Program-made: the position numbers and the translations under genes | Notes under the pieces: model-generated | Told to the model about the DNA's origin: nothing | The model's database searches: none | Seen by the model: only the letters and a program-made list of their open reading frames with translations | NCBI GenBank assembly: GCA_965202585.1 | Contig: OZ241830.1 | Location: 59,892,001 to 59,956,000, forward strand | Source of the DNA: Thalia democratica | Lineage: Eukaryota | Direction of reading: 5' to 3' | DNA length: 64,000 bases | In this document: positions 14,501 to 26,500 of the stretch, in pieces | How positions within the stretch are numbered: the stretch's first letter is position 1 | How the letters are laid out: each line of letters starts with the position of its first letter

Positions 14501-17500
14501 AGTGCTCCGGATAGGTGATACTGAATTTATGCATAACACTAAAAATATTTTTCAAACTTAATCACTTTTCTTAAAGTTAAAACTTTCACCCTTAAAGCAC
14601 AATTTACTTATAAAATTTTCCAACCTAAATATAATGCTAAGTAAACTTGAATGAATAGAACGATAATTGATTCAGAACAAGAAAGTTTAATAGTTAAACT
14701 TGAATAAAGTTAAAAACTAAACTTATAAAGTATATAAAGAATGCCTTGAAAAACTTTACAGTACTTTACAATATTTATTGGACTATTTAAAATTTAATAG
14801 GAATAACAGTTTACTTTTTATCTAAACGTGTTGTTCGTATACTAGAATTTACTACTATCATAATACTATGCAATTATTGTAGAAACAAATTATTGTATAC
14901 CTATAAATATTTCTGTATTTTATAGTTTGTTTTAATTAAAAGATATTGTTGTTAAATTACACTTGTCGAACTAACTTAATTTAACTTGGCAGTTTTGATT
15001 GCCTAAATGTCATAACTAAATATGAAACTATAAATTTGTTTTATGGATTATGACTTTAAACACTGGTCGACAAAGTTGTAAGAGAAAAATAACAAAACAG
15101 AGTTGATTTGGGAGGCGTTGCGAGAGAAATAGGAGAATCTGACATATTCACAGCTGACAGCAAAAACTTCGACTTCTACTTCAACGCGATCGGAAAACAG
15201 CTGGATTATAAAATCGGAAATGATGACGTCATGAGCAGGAAACGTAGAGCGACGCTCGAAGTTATCGATGACGACATAAAGCACGTCGCCGTCACGCCAA
15301 AAATATACCGGTGATTTTAATTATTAATACATTAACAATGTTATAATTTAGATATTATTTAAGTAGTTTTATTCATTTTACTGAATTATAAATATGTCTT
15401 ACAGAATCTAAATCTTTCAACTCTAACATTTCAAAGTTTAGTTTCAGTTTCAGATTAACGTTGAACTTTTTAAAACGCTTTTTAGAGTTTGTAACCAGTT
15501 CTAGTTCAATTAATTGTAATAAATAAAACTTAATTTGTTTAACTTTAGTTTTTAAAGTCTCTTACAAAAGCTTTGCAAATTTTTTACTGCATCGCTTGTT
15601 TTTTCTTTAAGAAAAGCTTTTTGCTCAATTGGCATATTGTATTGTATTTAATCTTTTAACCTTGCGTATAATGTTTTATAAGTTTAAAACTGTTACTTAG
15701 ATTCTGGTACTAAATGAAAGTTTAAATATTTCAAAATACATTTTACATCAAAAATAAATACTAGTTTGTTTATAACTAAGGTGCACTCATGTAATTTACC
15801 GACCAAAATGCTTCTCTGTAAAGCTTTAAACGTATAAACTACGTCAAAATATTTTAAACCTTTTATCTTTATTTCTAGCTGCAAGAACGTCGGTTGCACT
15901 CCGGACGTCGGAGGGGATTCGGTGCCCCCTGGAAGGGAAACCCCCGAAAACGCGTTCCTGTGGAGCGAAATTGACTTTTCAGGATCAGAAGAAGATGAGA
16001 GCTCTAGAAAGAAGAGGAGTGCAGGGCATCCGTGCGTCGAAATAACTGTTTGTTGATTATTTTGTTGATAATAGTTGAACTCAAACATTTTATTAGTTTT
16101 TTTTTAATTCAAATGTAGTTAACGATGAAAGGACAAAATTAAGATTTCTAGTATTAATGCTTTTATGTAAAAAATGGTTTTACTTAAACTTACACAAGTT
16201 TTATACTATTTTTTTTCAGACCATTGGAAGCTCAACAACAGTTGAGGTACTGAGGTCAGCTGAGGGAATTGAGTTGTGTTGGTGCCTTGTTGACGTTTCA
16301 ACTGTTAACGTGACACATTTGATTGTGAAGGGTGTCGTCCAATTCAGCCCGAATGTCGACTTTGAACAGTTTACAGTGAATGCTAACACTATACAAGTTA
16401 TTGTAAGTCATTATTTTTATTGTATTTTTTGTCATTTTCTAGTTTATGCTACTTGTATAGTATAGATGTAATGTTTTGTTACTCAAAAAACAAAAAGTTA
16501 AACACCATAAACAAGATCTTTCTAAATCAACTTAATGTTTTTATCTAATAAATTTCAACTAGCTTTATGTAAAAACGCGCTAACTATATTTTAAAACATT
16601 ATTCTACTAGGGTGGTCGCCTAATAGCCGGTATTGTTCCCGAAGAACCGTTTTACAAGAGACTGACAATAAATTTGGTGGGTGAAAGAACTGATAAGAGT
16701 GAAGAAGTAGAGTTTACAGGTAAATACTTTTTTTTAACCAAGACAGATTTTTAAAAATGGAAAGCAGAAAAATAATCAAATTAAAGCTAAGCTTAAAGCA
16801 CGAGCTTATTTTATGATTTTTAGACTGAAAATTAATGTAAAATTAACAGGAATCACACTGGGAAGAAAGGCGATCGGTTGCTTTGGAGGATGTGACTTCC
16901 ACGGTATAAACCACAACGTCTACTGGACGAGCCTGGCGAGGACAGTGGAGGCGGGAGGTAGCAGTATCGAGTTGATGGAGGAAGTGGACTGGAACGTCGG
17001 TGACGAAATTGTCATCACCACTACCAGTTATGCGTTAGTCTTATAAGAAACTTGGATTTTTTAAATAAAGGATCCTAATTTTATTTTTGCACTTTTTTGT
17101 CTTTTGAAAACTTAATCTAAAACAGTGAATCTTAATCTGGGGTAAATTTACCCCTCGGGGTAAATTCCCTTGTTTTAGGAAGAAAAGTTTCTTTATTACA
17201 AGTTATGGAAACTAATGTTTATTAGTTGTCTTTTAGATTTTTAATTTAGTATTTAACTGTAATTTTTTTTGTAAATAAACTTTTCTAAAATTTACGAATT
17301 TTTATATTTGTTAAGCTTATATTAAAAAAACTAGGTTTTTTTCTTCAAAATTAAAAACTATTTTGTACATTGGGGGTACTTTCGTAATTATTTTCTTAAA
17401 GGGGGTAAATTTCGTAATAACCTTTCAAAAAGGGTATAATATGAAAAAAAGGTTAACAAACCGCTGATCTAAAACGTATGAATCGCTTAACATTTGAATG

Positions 17501-20500
17501 CTTTCTACGGATAATTATGTAATTATGTTAGTCCGATAAGGTTAAAATGTTTGAAGAGGTTTAATTTCTATTGAGATATAAGGAACTATAGCTAAATAAA
17601 GTTAGAAGTAAGTAGAAATGTCTAGCTCATAAAGCTCTAGCTAAAAAAATGCACTGTTAAAGCTGTTTAATAAACATTTGTTGTTCGTTCAGCTCAAATC
17701 AAACCGAAAAACGAGTCATCAAGTCAAAAACTGGCAAAACATTGGTGCTCAACTCTCCATTAGAGCACAGACACATGGGAAAAACTTACACAATTCAAGA
17801 CACAAGGTTTAATATGCGAGCAGAGGTTGGCCTTATCACAAGAAACATAAAAATTCAAGGTAAAATTGTAAAAACATAAACTGTTTTTTTAAATATCCGA
17901 ATGAAAATTACAACAATTTTTTATTCTCAATCGTTATAATATCATTGACTAAAATACAGTTTTCTATTTTTTTCTCCTGAAATATTTACGACATGAACTT
18001 AAAACAAACAAGTTGTTATATATCTTTTTCAGAACTAGTAGCTAAAATACTCCAAGACGGTTCATTATGTTAAGTATGTTTTGTAACGTAGAAACAAATA
18101 TATATGTTTTTTTCAATTAGGTGATGTGTATGATTCAATCGAAAAAGATGCATTTGGAGGTCGAGTTTTAGTCGGATTCATTCCTGATGCTGAAGACATA
18201 TATGGTATTTATTGGTTGATTTTAATAAAGTTAATGGTTTTAAAGTGAATGAAAAAAACTAGTTCTTACTGAAATTTCAAAACACGTTTTTGTGACTTTA
18301 TATAAATCAAAAACCAATTTTAAATTTAATTGTAAAAGTTATCCATTTACTTACACATTTAAGTTTTTTGCAAACAAAGTGCTTATAAACTTATAATTTT
18401 AATCATTATGTAAGTAGACTGAAAATAAAAGTTATCAACTTGAACTTAAATCACGTAACGAGAAAAGAAGACTTTAGAGTATAAAAAAAATTGTGTAAAC
18501 TTAAACAACAAACTTTCGTCGGTACGTGGGTATATGCCTTATAAAGTAGGCTATTTACAAACAACATAAAATAAAACTAAGTTACGAGACAGTGTCAAAT
18601 AACAACCCAGTTTGTAGAAATGTATAAACTGAAACTATGAAATTCAGGATGGGGTCGGTTCACCAACGTGGAGTTCGTCAGGTGCGGTCAGGAGGGGTTC
18701 ACCGAGGCGTACGACCCGAGGTACGCGGTTTCTTACGTCAACACCGGACCCGTCGTTCCCGCCCGCCCCTCGTTCATCGAAGCGTGCAGCTTCCACCACA
18801 CCTACTCAAGTGGTATCGGCGTGTTCGGGGCCTCGGGTGTCGTGGTGAAGGATAACGTGGTCCACAGACCGATTCACGATGGTTAGTGTTTTGTAGGTGA
18901 AAAACGTAGTTTTATGTAGATACTTGACTTATAAAATTTGATGTTATTTTTAAAAGTTTTGATTGGTTATTTTACAACGAAATGTTTGTCTTTCTACACA
19001 GTTTTCAAAAAATACGAATACTTTTTAATAATTTATTATAAACAGTTTAGTTTAGTTTTTTTTGAACAGTTATGCTTGAAAACTTTGTTTTATTTGTAAG
19101 GGCAAAATTAAGTATACTTACTTATAAGATTTTACATATTATTGTTTATTGAACGAAAAAAAAAGCGCTCAAATATTTGGTCCAAAGACCTGGTGTACGA
19201 AAAAACCTTTCGGTTATCGAGTCATACACCAGGATACAGTTTAAAGTCATGTCCAGGACATATACGATATTATCTAGCAACAACTTTATATAAAATCTAT
19301 TTGAAAATTGTATTTTAATAAAAGAACCACAAAAAATTATCAGGAATCAGAATAGCAGGAAGCAATATAGTAGTGGATCACAATCTTGTCGCGCAAGCCA
19401 TGATGAGAGGAGCTTACTGGGATCGATTTGAAACTCGCAACAACTTGGTTTGTTTTATTAAAAATTTTGTTTTACCATTTCAAAGTTACACTTTATTATT
19501 GCCTGAAAAGTTTTCAAAAAAATTATTAAATTACCATCACTTTTAGTTTTGTTAAGTTTAGAAAGTGTGTTTTTAGACTTCAGTTCTTCATTAATTATAT
19601 TTAACAAACGTACTTGATGGTTTCATCCTTTTAAAATGCTTCTTCCTTAGGATTGGCATGCCTGTTTCAAGCTGAATGAAGGTAGAAATATTACTTTGAT
19701 CAACAATGTGGCTGCCGGATCAGAAAGGCTTGGGTTTCATACAAATGGACAAAACTGTAACACTGACAATAAGTGGACAGGTTATTTGTTTTTTTTTTCG
19801 TTATTTATTTATTTGTTTGTTTTTTTTTTCTTTTATTTTAATATTTATTAAGGGAAAACATATAAAAATTCAGACAGAGCTAAAACTATATTTAGTTAAT
19901 AACTTGTAATATTAAGAATTTAAAAGCTTAACATATCTTAAATGCAGTTTTATGCAAACACAAAAATACAAATATAAACTACGAAAAAAATCAATCAATT
20001 CATTCTTAAACTTTTTACAGGAAATGTTGCCCACGGTTGCCTGCATGGAGTTCATCTTTTCCCGGGTGACCCCAACATGAAGTGCTCCCTGTTGAACGAT
20101 TTCACTGTTTACAAGTCGTGGGACTTCGGAGTCTACCACCAGACTGCTTCCAGCGTCGTCCTGAAGGATTCCATAATATCTGACTCATGGGTAAGTGTAG
20201 AAATATAAACTTATAACTTAAAATTTTTGTTTTCTTTTAATTGCAAACGTAATTCAACGTAATGAAGAAGTAAGTCTATAAAGGTATAGTTAAGATGCAT
20301 GTCTTAAAACTTAAAACTTTGGATTACTTTTGATTTCGCAGAACGCCAAGATTTAAACCTAACTAAATACAGTGACTTTACATCAAATTCGTTATAAAAA
20401 CAATACTAAAAGTTTAATAAAAAAAAACATTTTGACGTTATTTTGATGGAACCCATTAAAATATTCATATCAGCACATGGACTACACCCCCATCGTGTAC

Positions 20501-23500
20501 GGACCGCCTTCGCTCTCCCACGAATACGAGGACAAGTACGCGAGAGCGGAGAACTTGCTGGTGGTGGGAAGAAGCGACGACTTCGATCCTGCGGTCGACA
20601 CGTTGGACGAATCCACCGACAGAAGCCTGATAATCAGGAGCGTTTCTCCGTTAGTTTGAAAACTATGATGAAACAAATTCATCACATTTTGATGACGTTT
20701 ATGTCTACTTCTAACACTTAGTTGTTGCGTATTTCTCAAGCTTAGACAACTAGAAAAATTCTAATCTAATTAAACAAAGCTGTGTGTTAACTGAAAAATA
20801 AATAAAATGAACCTAGATAAACTTTTTTCGTAGTTTTAAAGTTCAACTTTTTTAAACTCCCGAAACAAACAGCTTTGTGTTATTAAGATAAAAACCTGAA
20901 CAACAGAACGGCTAGCAAGAGACCACCGAGGTCGCAGACGGGAGGAAAAGTGGGAATCCTGCTGCCGCTGTTCCAAAGTGGAATGAACGGAGCTCCTGAC
21001 AAGTCGTGGCTCGGCAACAAGAACTACCCTGCCATAAGAGGAAAACTAGAAATTACTAGTTAGTTGTTAACACCGTGTTGCTTAATTTATCTGCACTACC
21101 TTAAAGTTGTCACTATTTAATTGTTTTCATTTCAATTTCAAACTATTTATACTTCAAAAAAAAACTTTTTCAATTTACTTCTATCGTCCAGACTCCACGT
21201 TTTACGGTTTCAAGAGGATTTCGCCGACTTCAAGAGATCTGGTTTTCCAAACAAGCAAGGAGAATGAAGACGCATACGCTCCCACTTACCTCTCAGGAAT
21301 AACACTTCAGAAAGTAGAAAAGGATTCCATCGTGCATTTCACCAGGCCTAGTGTAGGGTAAGTGTTTGCTGCTTATTTATTCAGTGGAAAGTTACAATAG
21401 TTTAAAATTGGAAAGCAATAAGTTAAAAGGGGAAAGTGAAAACATGAAAACTCAAACATATTTTAACAACAGTTTAACTTAATTAAAAGATTGCTTTCAT
21501 TTTCCTAACTTTATTGTACTACTAATCACTTGTATCATAAGTTTCAAGTAAACTTAAAACGACCTTTAGGAAGATAAATCCTTCCGACTGCGTGGACATG
21601 GAGTGCGACGCGATGAAGAACGTTCTGGTCAAAGACACGGACGGATCCCTGCTCGGATCTCCCGGGTCAATTGTTCCCGATGTGAGTTGGCTTGTATAGT
21701 TTTTATAAAAATGAGTGAAAATAAAAAGTATATACAACTTTAAAATGTTGTTTATATACTTTAATTCATTTGTTACAATGTTTGCATGTACTGTATAATC
21801 TTGTGGCTAAAAGAGTTCCTACTTAAAGACTCATACACTAGCAGTATTTTATTTCATTAAGTAGTGTATTAGTGTCATCTCTCTATTAAAACACTGCTTA
21901 TTAAAAAATAAGCATACAGAAATTTTTTAGTTTTTTTTTGTTTTTTAAAGGATGCTTACGGCTCTTACTTATAGATTTACTTAGAAATTGAACATACAGA
22001 AATCTTATTTTTTTAATAACAGGCCGCCTATGGCTGGGACAATCCTTCGATGAGGAACAGGGGTCTTGGAGATTACAGGATCCCCAAGACAATGTTGACA
22101 AGGAGCGACGGAAGCCGGATCCCCGTCAACGATATCATCGATCGTAGAGGTTTTTTATATAAGCTTTTTTTTGAGTATTTTAAAGTTTTATGGAAAATCA
22201 AAATATACCTTTGGAAGTATTTATAATTATTACAAAACAATATAATTATGTGATATACGTCATGATGTATATATAGCGGTGTTACAAAGATTATCGGAAA
22301 ACAGTAATTTTCTGTAAAAAAATCAAGTTTCAGAAAAAAAAAAACTTTGCAAAAAAGTGTTTGACGTTTTGATAACAGTCTTTCCATTTTTCTTCACTTT
22401 AGAGTTTTTAAAACTTAACGACAAATTGTATCCCTGCTAACACTTTACATCACAAGTTTATAAAAAGCTATCTTAATCTATTTACTTTCAGGTATTGTTA
22501 ACAACGGAAATTGCACGTACGTGGCGAGCTGGCAGGCTTTCGACTGCAGCGGCGGCAACACCAAGGATTACACGATGCTGGTCATCGAGAGTCTGGACGA
22601 AGACACGGAGCTGAGGAGACTTTCTCCCGTCGCTCTGTTGGGAGACCGCTACGTTGATCTTCATAACGGTACTTTGAAAAAGTTGTTAAATTTGATAGTT
22701 AAAACTATGAATATCTTCTTACTTTATATTTTCTAATTGAACTTGCATAGATGTTTCAAACATAATTGTTTAAAATAACATCTGATCCAAGTATGATTGG
22801 TTTCAACAGCAATGAATGCAAGATAAGTTTAAGCATATTCAGTTATTTGACTTTCAAGTGTTTATTTAATTAATATAATTTTAAAACCATTAGGTATTAG
22901 TTATACTTTAAAGCATTAGAGTAGATAAAGCTTAAACATTTATATCTTGAAAACTTAAGTTTATGTCTAAGCGATAAAACTATTTATGAAAAATCTATTA
23001 AGGTTTACATGTTAAGATGTACTCTACAAGTTCCGATAAATAGTATAAACTTAACTTAGTATAAACTTAGTGTAAAGTTAATTTCTTCAAAGGTCCACAG
23101 GATCACGGGTGGTGCGCGGGTTACACGTGTCAGAAGCGACTTTCAACATTCTTCACGCTGATAGCCACCGACACCAACTACGACTTGTACTTCAGCGGGT
23201 ATCCGCCACGCGACCTCAGGTTCCATCTGATCAACGCCGACGAAAATCAAGCCGTCCGATTGGCTATTTAGTTAGTGATACCGACTTGATAAATCCTTAT
23301 ACTAAACTGGATACAAGCTTACTGATAAATTTTCTTACAAATTTTTGGTTTAAATAAAAACAAAAAGTAAATTATAAGTTTTAACAAACTTTTAGCTAAG
23401 TAATTCATAGACTTCAGTCTATTTAATTTTGTTTGAGTTTAAACTTAAGTTCCAAAATGTTCATTGTTGAATAATTTTAGCTACCCGAAACCAGAGAAAC

Positions 23501-26500
23501 TTGATGTATACAAAGGGAATTTTTACTTCCAGCCAAATCCTACTGGATTGCCTAATTACGAAACAAGTTTGTTTTTTTAAACTTTGCAGTAATTTAAGCG
23601 TAATGTATACTTTTGTTGATTCATATGATACAAGTTCCTATCTTAAACACAACGATATAAAATAAAAAAGAACGCCAAGACTTTAAAGTTTATATCAAAC
23701 ATTTTTGTTACAAGTTAGTTTTCACAGGCAACTCGGGTGCGAACTTCATGGATCGCGCGAACGACATGCTGTACGTAGTCCTAAGGGGTTCGGACGCAAT
23801 CGACATAAAAACTTCGGCGCTCATCCTCTTGAAGTTCGGATTTCCCGCCATTTCCGTTGACGAGTTCTTCGAAAACAATCTCGTCAGCAACCTGGCTACG
23901 TTAGTTAGATTTTTTTTTGAAAATCATGACGTGAAATACCAGTTTTTGTTTAAAATGTTTAACATTAGGTTTTAGAATAACATGACAATAAGTTTAAACA
24001 GGTTCATCAAAAGTATTAAATAATTTTTCTAAGATTAAACTTTACAAACTTAGTGTTTGGTTTAGATAACCGTGTTTTTTAATTTATTTACTTTTGCACA
24101 ATAGTTTTGAACAAAAGACTTAGAGTTCGACAAAACAATAGATAATTAATAAATTATTTAATTATAAATTTTTAAGCTTAGAATAGTAAGTTGTGCGTAA
24201 ATAGTCCTGATAATTTTTTTCTAACGTAAAAGTTTACACAGTTTTTAAAAACTTTATTATTTTTTCAGATACTTGAACGTTCCTCCCAGTAAAATCAAAA
24301 TCGTTGATATCGTTCGTGAAAATAGTAGAAGACGAAGGTTTGTTAAAAGTATTTTGAGTTTTAAATTCTAAAAATAATTTTCGTTTCTAAAAACCTACAA
24401 AACTTGTTTTTACTTAAGAAATAAATAATATTTATCCGTTTTAACTATAAAAGTCTTTTTTTTAATTTTACTGACTATACAAAAAACGCTCGTATAAACA
24501 GATCAACAGATGATGATCAACAAAATGACAATGATGAAGGAATTGTTGAATTTACCTTTGAGTTGGATGAATCAGTTGTTTCGGAAGAAATAATTGTAGA
24601 CGAGAAAACTAATTCATCCAAAGAATACCGCCGTCTAGTTGCTGAAAAACTTAACAACAAGACAAGCCAAGTTTGTAGAAATATTTTTAGTAGAAATTTA
24701 CAACTAATAAACTCTATCTATGATCGTATCTAAATATCAAGTTTTATTAACGTTTTAAGCTATACATTTTAAACTAAATTAATTAGCAGTTTTTAAAGCA
24801 AATAAAACATAAATGTATCAAAACACCCAGCAATAAACATTTTTAAGATGATTCAAGACTTCCAAACTGGCAAACTGAACGAAGCTCTAAATGTTTCCTC
24901 TTTAATATTCGAAGCGACAGAATCCACAGCTGATGTGTTGCCTCCGAAAAATGGTTTGTTTCTACTTAATATACAAAATTAACATAACTATTTGTTGCTA
25001 GTATAGTTTATGCTTTGCCTATTTAATAAAAAAAATACTGAAAATGTACAACAAACAAAAAACAGCCAGCGAAGTAGTTGAAGTACAAACAGTGATTCTA
25101 TTGCCGAGCAAACTAGTAGTTGAACTGGAATCCAGTACAATCCAAGAGTTGAACAACGACCTTCAAGCTAAAGTCGGCTTAGTAGACAATGAGGTCATAA
25201 CTAGTTCAAACTATAACTTTTTCGTATGATTTTAAATCCATAAAATTTCGTATAAAATTCATAAAAGTATCCTTCCAAGTTGTTAGTTGTTGATTCATAT
25301 TTACATTTTAAATCTAAACGCAATCTTACTCAGGGATCACCTGTTACAAGGCTGGGTGGAGAATGGATCGCTAAAATTAGTTTAGATTCTCAACAACAAC
25401 AGCAACAACAACAAACAGAAGCAAAGTTACTTGGACCTACAAATGTTACCTTCATAGATGTAAGTATATTTTTATTATAATATAGTTTAATTTTTACATA
25501 AATTTTTCTATAATAAAAAATAAAACTTATAATATTTAAGATTAGCTTGAAAACTAAAAAAAAGTTTTATTTTTTTAATTATAACTTATTTAAACAGGGT
25601 TTCGCAAACTTTAAACTCGCCATTGATAAAGCTGGAAGCCACACTTTGAGATTCAATGTAAGTTTGTCATTGTAAATTTAAATTTTTAGCAAGATTATTT
25701 AAACAATTAAGTGCAGTTAAGTTTATAACTTTAAATATACTTTATCGTTTATTACTTTACTGGACTTATTTTAAAGTTTATAAAACAATTACATTTAAAA
25801 CAGTAAATATAATTAAGTTTTAAAGTGCAGAAAAAGTAATTGTATTTATAAAAGTGCTTTAGAATGTTTTTATTCTAAAACTAAACTATCTTTTGCTCTA
25901 ACAATTACAAAATAACAAACAACTACTACAGATTATAGAACCAACAACTATATCTATTCCTGAAGTTATTGTACAAGTAGAAGTTACTACAAGAGAAGTG
26001 AATGCAAAAATAAACAATTTAGAAAGCTTTAAGCAAAACATTAGTCTTATTGAGAAAAATGAAAATATTACTTTGGATATTCAACTTATAGACAACAGTG
26101 GTCAAAATCTTAGTAACATTGGTTACAAGGTTAATTTTACTTGTTTGTTTAGTTTGTGAACCTTAAAGCTCAACTTCAAATGTTTGAAGTAGTTTATAAC
26201 GCAAACTTAACACAAAACTATAAATAGTAGTAAAAATATTTTTCAATATTTTGACTATAAACTTAATGGTAATTAGATTAAAAACTTTGCAGTGAAATCT
26301 TTAGATGAGTTATACTATAATAGCCAATTCTACAAGTAATCAACCTACACTACATAGTTATTGCCACTATATATTCTAAAACAGTTGAAAATAAAACAGC
26401 AGTAATATTGCAAAGTGGTTTTTAAGTAATTTTAAAAACAAAACAAATTTTACAGGGAAATAGTTGGAAAGCAAAAGTTGAACTTGCTGACCCACAAAGT

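Larger units (their letters stand above)
16220..24337 (+). other. Second G8 plus beta-helix block and conserved distal ectodomain ending at an RRRR furin-type site
   Basis: GGRLIAG, GCFGGCDFHG, VDWNVGDEIVITTTSY, AEVGLITRNIKIQG, GQEGFTEAYDPRYAV, NNVAAGSERLGF, GDYRIPKTML, NLVSNLATYLNVPPSKIKIVDIVRENSRRRR/S. Confidence 0.85.

Noticed and set aside
14993-15100. Possible extra exon after the acceptor-like TTGGCAG
   Set aside because: In-frame TGA. The 14514-to-15101 join already restores the frame and the homology.
11984-18881. Horizontal transfer as the explanation for GC-rich exons
   Set aside because: These exons are collinear parts of an animal PKHD1L1 protein with ordinary introns, and GC varies continuously between exons.
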